Positions 57,405-64,000 of a stretch of DNA of 64,000 nucleotides are shown here, one piece after another. Made by a program: the position numbers and the translations under genes. The first letter of the stretch is position 1. Each line of letters opens with the position of its first letter. This DNA comes from Candidatus Entotheonellaceae bacterium (GTDB taxonomy: Bacteria > Tectomicrobia > Entotheonellia > Entotheonellales > Entotheonellaceae). Under the pieces are notes generated by a model, which had not been told where the DNA came from, made no database searches, and worked only from the letters and a program-made list of their open reading frames with translations. The stretch spans positions 1,568,001 through 1,632,000 of the forward strand of contig OZ250173.1 in assembly GCA_965238075.1 (NCBI GenBank). The letters are read 5' to 3'.

Positions 57405-59303
57405 GTGCAAGTCGATCTTGAGGACGTGCAAGGCGTTCTGCGCCTCTATTGCCTTTCCCTCGCCGGCACGGACATTCAGATTGTTGACGCTGCCGACTCG
57501 CCCCGGACGCTCGGCGGCGTGACCGTCTGCCTGCCGCCCGTAACGGCGCGATACGACGACCGGCAGGACAATTTCGACTGGCTCAAGGTCATGGCGACGC
57601 ACCAGGTCGCGCACCTGGAGTTCGGCGGTATGGGCGTCGTGAAGTTTCTCGGCCGAGTTCCGCAGCCGCGCCTCGTTTACGACCTCTTCAGCATTCTCGA
57701 AGAAGGCCGTCTGGATGCTCGTATCGCGCTTGCATACCCCGGTCTGCGGCGGGCGCTGCAGCGCGCTCAGGCGGAGGCATTGGACGGTCGCAGAAGTTTT
57801 GATACAGCGTCGCCGCTCACCGCCATGCTGGAATTGCTGGTCCGCATGGGCCTTGGAGCTTTCATCGGTCTGCCCGTACCGACGGGTTGCGAAACGGTTG
57901 TCCGAGAACTCGCTGCGATTGTCCGCGCTCTGGACGACCCAAGCGCCGCGGTGCAAGACACGGCTGAGGCTGCCGTGCGGGCCTGCGACGTTCTATCCGG
58001 CCTGCTGGAAGACGGCGACGGCACCTACGACACACCCGACCCGGTCGATTACCGCGGTGCCTGCCAAGCACCCTTCTTTCGCCTTGACGCCCAAGGTGAG
58101 CAGCTCTCGGAGACGCCGACAGAGCCATCCGAACAGTCGGAAACGTCGGCGCTTACCATGTCCGTCAACGTCGAATTGGCGTCGGACACCGGACAGCGAG
58201 GCCAGCCCTTCGGCGCGTCCTCGCTGCTGCCGCAGTTCCTGCAGCAGCTTGACGGCCCGCCAGCGGCCACTCCGATGCCCGGCAACGGCGCGTCGCAGCA
58301 CGATGACAACGCCGACGAAGCGCTGCGGCCCCGAGAGCCCGGCACGTTCGTCTATCCCGAGTGGGACTACCAGGCCCGTGCCTACAAACCCCGCTGGTGC
58401 CTCGTCAAGGAACACACCCTCGACGAAGGCAACCCCGACTCCTTCAATGAAGCGCTGCGGCGGCACAGCGCCCTGCTAAGCGACGTGAAGCGCCAGTTCG
58501 AGGCCATCCTGCCGGAGGGCTTCGACAGGATCACCCGCCTCACCGACGGGGAGGACCTCGACCTCAATGCCGCCGTGGAAGCCCTCGCCGACCTGCGCAT
58601 GGGGGTGCCGCCGGACGACAAAATCTACTGGCGCCGCCACAAGGTGCGCCGCGACGTGGCCGTTCTGTTCCTCCTCGACATGAGCGCCTCGACCGCCGAA
58701 CCACTCAACATCGACGATCCAAGCCCGTCCGGACCCACGATACCCGGCCCACGGAGCGCTGCATCCCACTCCAAGCGCCGCATCATCGACCTGGAAAAGG
58801 AAAGCATCGCGCTGCTTATGCAGGCGCTCGAGGCCATCGGCGACACCTACGGCATTTACGGCTTTTCGGGCTATGGGCGGGACGGGGTGGATTTCTACGT
58901 CATCAAGGACCTGGCGGAGCGCTTCGGCGACCGCATCAAACGCCGCCTCGACCGCGTGACGCCGCGCCACGCCACCCGCATGGGGGCCGCCATCCGCCAC
59001 GCCGTCAGCAAGCTGGCCCCGCAAGCCGCCGCTACCAAAATCCTGCTGCTGCTGAGCGACGGCCGCCCCCAGGACCGCGGCTACAACCGCCAAGGCACCG
59101 AGAAAGCCTACGCCGTTCACGACACCCACATGGCGCTCATCGAGTCCCGCGCGCAGGGCATCACACCGTTCTGCCTCACCGTCGACAAAGCCGGCCACGA
59201 TTATCTGCAAGCCATGTGCGGCGATATCGGCTACGAAGTGCTGGACGACATCGCCACCCTGCCTGCCCGCCTGCCGATGCTGTACCGCGCCCTCACTACC
59301 TGA
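57405..59303 (+). CDS. CbbO/NorD-like VWA domain protein
   Basis: YPEWDY....Y...W, DGEDLDL.A, LLDMSAST (MIDAS), TRMGAAIRHA, LSDGRPQD. Confidence 0.9.
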   Translation: MQVDLEDVQGVLRLYCLSLAGTDIQIVDAADSPRTLGGVTVCLPPVTARYDDRQDNFDWLKVMATHQVAHLEFGGMGVVKFLGRVPQPRLVYDLFSILEEGRLDARIALAYPGLRRALQRAQAEALDGRRSFDTASPLTAMLELLVRMGLGAFIGLPVPTGCETVVRELAAIVRALDDPSAAVQDTAEAAVRACDVLSGLLEDGDGTYDTPDPVDYRGACQAPFFRLDAQGEQLSETPTEPSEQSETSALTMSVNVELASDTGQRGQPFGASSLLPQFLQQLDGPPAATPMPGNGASQHDDNADEALRPREPGTFVYPEWDYQARAYKPRWCLVKEHTLDEGNPDSFNEALRRHSALLSDVKRQFEAILPEGFDRITRLTDGEDLDLNAAVEALADLRMGVPPDDKIYWRRHKVRRDVAVLFLLDMSASTAEPLNIDDPSPSGPTIPGPRSAASHSKRRIIDLEKESIALLMQALEAIGDTYGIYGFSGYGRDGVDFYVIKDLAERFGDRIKRRLDRVTPRHATRMGAAIRHAVSKLAPQAAATKILLLLSDGRPQDRGYNRQGTEKAYAVHDTHMALIESRAQGITPFCLTVDKAGHDYLQAMCGDIGYEVLDDIATLPARLPMLYRALTT

Positions 59304-59313
59304 CGGCGCGGTA

Positions 59314-59422
59314 GCGTCTCACTTTGAACTTCCCCCTCACCCCAACCCTCTCCCAAGGGAGAGGGAACAGCAATTCCCCCAAGAAGAGAATTCCCCTCCC
59401 CCTGGGAGGGGTTAGGGGAGGG
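59314..59422 (+). repeat. Internal part of the MITE family without termini
   Basis: gcgtctcac..ttccccctcaccccaaccctctccc..gggagaggga and a second hairpin cccctcccc..gggagggg. Confidence 0.7.
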
Positions 59423-59626
59423 CTGGAAGACGCTCGCCGGCAGAAGTGCCGGGAGATTTGAAACTGGATACTACCGACGGCGCCCGCGCGTTGACTATAC
59501 GCCACCTTTACCGTACCCTTGCGCCTCCATTTTCCACGTCATCGACCCCTACGCAGGCCAGCCACAGCGAGCGAGGCGAGTCGGGCGTAACAGACTACAA
59601 GCAGCGCGAACGAAGGGAGCGATGCC

Positions 59627-61309
59627 ATGAGCGAACAGCCACTCAACCGGATCAGCGCCAACATCACCCAGCCCCGCTCGCAGGGTGCGTCGCAGGCCAT
59701 GTTGTACGCCACCGGGCTGACCGAGCAGGACATGCACAAGGCCCAGGTCGGCATCGCCAGCGTCTGGTACGAGGGCAACCCTTGCAACATGCACCTGAAC
59801 GATCTGGCCGCCACGGTCAGGGAGGGGGTCGCCAACACCGGTCTGGTGCCTATGCGCTTCAACACCATCGGCGTCTCCGACGGCATGTCCATGGGTACCC
59901 GCGGCATGTGCTTCTCGCTACAGTCGCGCGACCTCATCGCCGATTCGGTGGAAACCGTCATGGGCGGCCAGTGGTACGACGGCCTCATCACCATCCCCGG
60001 CTGCGACAAGAACATGCCCGGCGTCATGATGGCCATGGGGCGCGTCAACCGGCCTGCCCTGATGGTCTACGGCGGCACCATCCGGCCAGGCCACAGCGGC
60101 GGCAAAACCCTCGACATCGTCTCCGCCTTCCAGAGCTACGGCGAATACATCGCCAGTACCATCACCGACGACGAGCGTCAGGACATCGTGCGCCACGCCT
60201 GCCCCGGCGCCGGCGCCTGCGGCGGCATGTACACCGCCAACACCATGGCATCGGCCATCGAAGCCATGGGCATGTCGCTGCCCTACAGCTCCTCGACCCC
60301 CGCCACCGACCGCGCCAAGATCGCCGAGTGCCTGCAGGCCGGGCAGGCCGTCCGCGCCCTGCTGGAGAAGGACCTCAAGCCCCGCGACATCATGACCCGC
60401 GAGGCCTTCGAGAACGCCATGGTGATGGTCATGGTCCTCGGCGGCTCCACCAACGCCGTGCTGCACCTCATCGCCATCGCCCGCGCCGTCGACGTGCCGC
60501 TCACCATCGACGACTTTCAGGCCATGAGCGACCGCATTCCCTACCTGGCGGACCTAAAGCCGAGCGGCAAGTACGTCATGGAAGACCTGCACACCATCGG
60601 CGGCACCCCGGCGGTGATGAAGTACCTGCTGGACCAAAAACTGCTGAACGGCGATTGCATGACAGTAACCGGCAAGACGATCGCCGAGAACCTGCGCGAC
60701 CTGCCCGGCCTGAAGGAGGGGCAACCGATCATCCAGCCGCTGGAATCGCCCATCAAGGAAACCAGCCACCTGCGCATCCTCAAGGGCAATCTGGCGCCCG
60801 GCGGCGCGGTGGCCAAGATCACCGGCAAGGAGGGCCTGGTGTTCAGCGGCCCGGCCAAGTGTTTCGACGCCGAGGAGGACATGCTGCACGCCCTCGAGCG
60901 GCACGAGATCAATAAGGGCGACGTGGTGGTGATCCGCTACGAGGGTCCCAAGGGCGGGCCGGGCATGCCGGAAATGTTGACGCCCACCTCGGCGCTCATG
61001 GGCGCCGGGCTCGGCGGCGACGTGGCTCTGCTGACCGACGGACGTTTCTCCGGCGGCTCGCACGGCTTCATCATCGGCCATATCGTGCCGGAGGCGCAGG
61101 AGGGCGGCCCGATCTGTTTGATCCAGAACGGCGACCTGGTCACCATCGACGCCAAGCAGAACCGCCTCGAGGTGTCGCTCAGCGATGACGAACTGGCGGA
61201 ACGGCGGGCGCAGTGGACGATGCCGCCGTACAAGGCGACGCGCGGCACGCTGTACAAATACATCAAGACCGTCAAGAACGCCTCGGAGGGGTGTGTGACG
61301 GACGAGTAG
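59627..61309 (+). CDS. ilvD: Dihydroxy-acid dehydratase
   Basis: [49 protein letters not shown]. Confidence 0.96.
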   Translation: MSEQPLNRISANITQPRSQGASQAMLYATGLTEQDMHKAQVGIASVWYEGNPCNMHLNDLAATVREGVANTGLVPMRFNTIGVSDGMSMGTRGMCFSLQSRDLIADSVETVMGGQWYDGLITIPGCDKNMPGVMMAMGRVNRPALMVYGGTIRPGHSGGKTLDIVSAFQSYGEYIASTITDDERQDIVRHACPGAGACGGMYTANTMASAIEAMGMSLPYSSSTPATDRAKIAECLQAGQAVRALLEKDLKPRDIMTREAFENAMVMVMVLGGSTNAVLHLIAIARAVDVPLTIDDFQAMSDRIPYLADLKPSGKYVMEDLHTIGGTPAVMKYLLDQKLLNGDCMTVTGKTIAENLRDLPGLKEGQPIIQPLESPIKETSHLRILKGNLAPGGAVAKITGKEGLVFSGPAKCFDAEEDMLHALERHEINKGDVVVIRYEGPKGGPGMPEMLTPTSALMGAGLGGDVALLTDGRFSGGSHGFIIGHIVPEAQEGGPICLIQNGDLVTIDAKQNRLEVSLSDDELAERRAQWTMPPYKATRGTLYKYIKTVKNASEGCVTDE

Positions 61310-61425
61310 CAGCGTGTTAGCCCCGAAAATGCACGGGCGAGCGAGGGAATGTCCACCATGCTATTAACTACTTGAGACAATTCACGCTGACGTTCGAGGA
61401 GCGGGCCCACGACAATGGGTAGCGT

Positions 61426-63404
61426 ATGAATCTTCTCGCCGAACTCCGCGCCGATGCCTATCACCGAAACTACTTCCAGCCCTGTTCGTCGGCTCGGCGC
61501 TCGGGGGCGTGCTTGTTTTTGAAGCGATCTCGATCTCTGCTCTGATCTTCTCCGGTCCGATGGCGCCGCTCGCCATTCGTGGCGTCGGGCTGCCGCTGTT
61601 CGCCGCCTTCGTTTTGTGTTTGACCATCACCCTGACCAGCGCCTACCGAGGAGCCATCTCCACCCCGCAGAGCCCGCCGTTTGCGGTGATTACCGGTATC
61701 GCGGCGGTCGCCGCAGCCAGCATGGCCGGCGTCGCCAGCGAGACAATGTTCGCCACCATTGCCGTCATCCTGATCCTGGCAACGGGGGTTGCGGGCGCAT
61801 GCGTTCTGCTGATCGGTCAGATCCGTATCGCCAACGTTTTCCGTTTCATCCCTTACCCCGTGGTGGGCGGCTATCTTGCCGGCGCCGGTTGGACCCTGGT
61901 TGTGGCGTCCTTCTCGATCATGAGCGGGGTCGCACCGACCTGGGAGACTCTGCCCCGGTTCATTGAGCCTACGATGCTTTGGAAATGATTACCCGGTGTC
62001 GTCTTCGCCGTCTTGCTGCGCCTTGCCCTGGTGCGATGGAAGAACCACTTCCTGGTCATGCCGGTGTCGATAGTCGTCGCGGCCGCGCTCTATCACGCGG
62101 GCTTGATGCTGCTCGGTATCTCCGGCGAGGACGCCCGGGCGTCGGGACTTCTGTTCGAGAGCATCGGAGAACACGGTTTGTGGCCCGCCTTCCACACCGG
62201 AGACCTGGTCCATGTGGATTGGCGCGTCGTTCTTCATCAAATGCCGAGTATTCTTGCCGTCATCCCGGCCCTACTGATTTCGCTGACCATGGGCCTCAAG
62301 GGCCTCCATGTAGGGAGCGGTGTCGATCTCGATCTGAACCGGGAATTCCGAGTGGCCGGGCTGGCCAATATGATTGCCGCTCTTGGCGGTGGCGGTCCGC
62401 CTGGCAACCATTCGGTCTCCCTTTCCCTGCCCGTCCGCATGTTCGGAGCCTGCAGCCGGCTGACGGGAATGGCCGCCGCTCTTCCGGTGGGCGCGGTCCT
62501 GTTCGGGGGCGAAGCGGTGCTGGAATGGTTCCCCGTTTCGCTGATGGGCGGCCTGTTCTTCGTGATCGGGTTCCAACTGTTGCACAGCTGGCTGATCGGA
62601 GGCCGCCTGAAACGGCTCTCCGCGGACTATGGGGTCGTTGTCCTGGTTTTCTTGACCATTGCCATTTTCGGATTCCTCCACGGCGTGGCGGTCGGTCTAC
62701 TCGTCGCGGCGTTCATCCTCGCCATCAACCTCGGTCAGGTAGATGTGATCGAGGCCGTGTATACGGCGCGCGCGCCGCAGCAACAGGATGCGCCCGGTGT
62801 CTCATCAAGCCATCCTGTTGAACCATGCCGACCGAACTCGGGTTTACCAGTTGCAGGGCTACGTATTCTTCGGAAGTGCGCAAGCGCTTGTCGACCGCCT
62901 CAAGGAGCCGCTATTGGAGGAGTCGCCGCCGTTGTGCATGTTGTTGGACTTCACGAGTGTCACCGGTTTCGACATCTCCGCCTTGGACGCGCTCGTCGGT
63001 TTCGTCAGCGATGCGGGTTCTATCGGCACGCGGGTCGTTATCGTTGCCCCGGCCGAGCTCCCGCACACCGAGCTGCGCCGCGAATTCTCCGGCGACGAGC
63101 GGGGAAATGTGATCTGGGAACAGGATCTCGATCATGGGCTGGAACGGTGCGAGGAGATCGTGCTGGCTAAGAATTCGAATGTGACCGACGTCGGCTCGGA
63201 AGGCCATAGGGCGCGAATAATCGACGATACGCTGCGCTATCTGGACAAGCTGGTTTTCTTCGAGGAATTGATAGAGCGGCTCCGGCCCTGGCTCGAAGTG
63301 CGCGAGTATGCCGCCGGAGAAACGGTTGTTGCCGCGGGCGAGAAACACGACGGCATGTTTCTGATCGTGGAAGGCCAGGTCTCCGCATTCGCCGAAAACG
63401 GGTC
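61426..63404 (+). pseudogene. SulP-family transporter with STAS and cNMP-binding domains, decayed
   Basis: RFIPYPVVGG, DLNREF..AG.AN, YQLQGYVFFGSA, DLDHGLERCE. Frameshifts near 61460 and 62770, in-frame TGA at 61986, 3' end cut by IS630. Confidence 0.85.
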
Positions 63405-64000
63405 TAAAGTGCGTTCACTTTGATACCAAGAATTTCTCGAACTCCAGGTCGAGTTCGAATCTTGGCCACAACCGCGAGACCAACCGTTGCGGATCGGCAT
63501 TGATACGATCGATGAAGGCTTTGCAGGCATCAAAGAGATGGCGCATGGAGGCATGACAGAAATTGCGCGTCACCTCTTCGCGCATCCACTTCCAGAGACC
63601 TTCAATCGGATTCAGGTCTGGGCTATAGCTTGGCAGAGCGACCAACGTGAAGCCCAATTCCGAAGCCGCCGCTTGCACACGCTTGGCCTTGTGCCACGGG
63701 GCGCCGTCCCAGATGAGTACGACCTCACCAGGCTCATCACCCATCCAAGCGGCAACGTGGTGTAAGAATTCGATCGTATGGGCTTGGTTACAGGAGCCCT
63801 CGTTCCAGATGAAACACTGGCCGCAGGAGAAATCGTAGGCGCCATACCAGTTGATGCGTTCAGCCAAAGAGGCACAGCCGCTCAGACGCCAAGCGGGTTT
63901 GCCCTCGGGCGCCCAGGTGTAGCCCAGGTCCATATCGCGGTGCAGATGGGCTTCATCGATATAGAGCAAGCGGATATCCCGGCGACAAAGCCGCGCCAAC
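63405..64000 (-). mobile_element. IS630-family element (3' part; runs off window)
   Basis: Transposase ORF ending at 63415 with YIDEAH, WDGAPWH, LPSYSPDLNPIEGLW; element end near TA at 63405. Confidence 0.9.

Noticed and set aside
61986-61988. Selenocysteine or recoded TGA in the SulP gene
   Set aside because: Position fits Trp, TGA is a normal stop in many genes here, and the gene has other lesions.

Overview
GC-rich bacterial chromosomal segment (roughly mid-60s % GC by eye, not computed). It is mostly core and metabolic genes with short accessory inserts and many intergenic palindromic repeats. Core and metabolic genes: aapJQM amino-acid ABC transporter, glcDEF, proS, tyrS, leuS, an archaeal-like glyA, a divergent guaA, etfBA, thiL-rtcB, CIRCE-controlled groES-groEL then degP and fccAB (sulfide dehydrogenase), a Mo-hydroxylase large subunit with MoaD, two IlvD/Edd dehydratases and a CbbQ/NorQ + VWA pair. 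Accessory content: degraded hicAB and vapBC, an intact Schlafen/AlbA_2-ATPase fusion with an unusual beta-rich C-terminus, a DUF3015-DUF4105 pair, a TraB/GumN gene between direct repeats, two IS630 elements and a decayed SulP gene. The most notable observations are: (1) a serine palmitoyltransferase + ceramide-synthase-like GNAT operon; (2) a ~190-200 bp TA-duplicating MITE family, one copy of which brackets a NYN RNase pseudogene preceded by a two-hairpin leader RNA; (3) the Schlafen fusion as a candidate defence effector; (4) a recently duplicated diheme cytochrome c. No rRNA, tRNA or CRISPR array was seen. All family calls come from motif recognition by eye; no searches were run.
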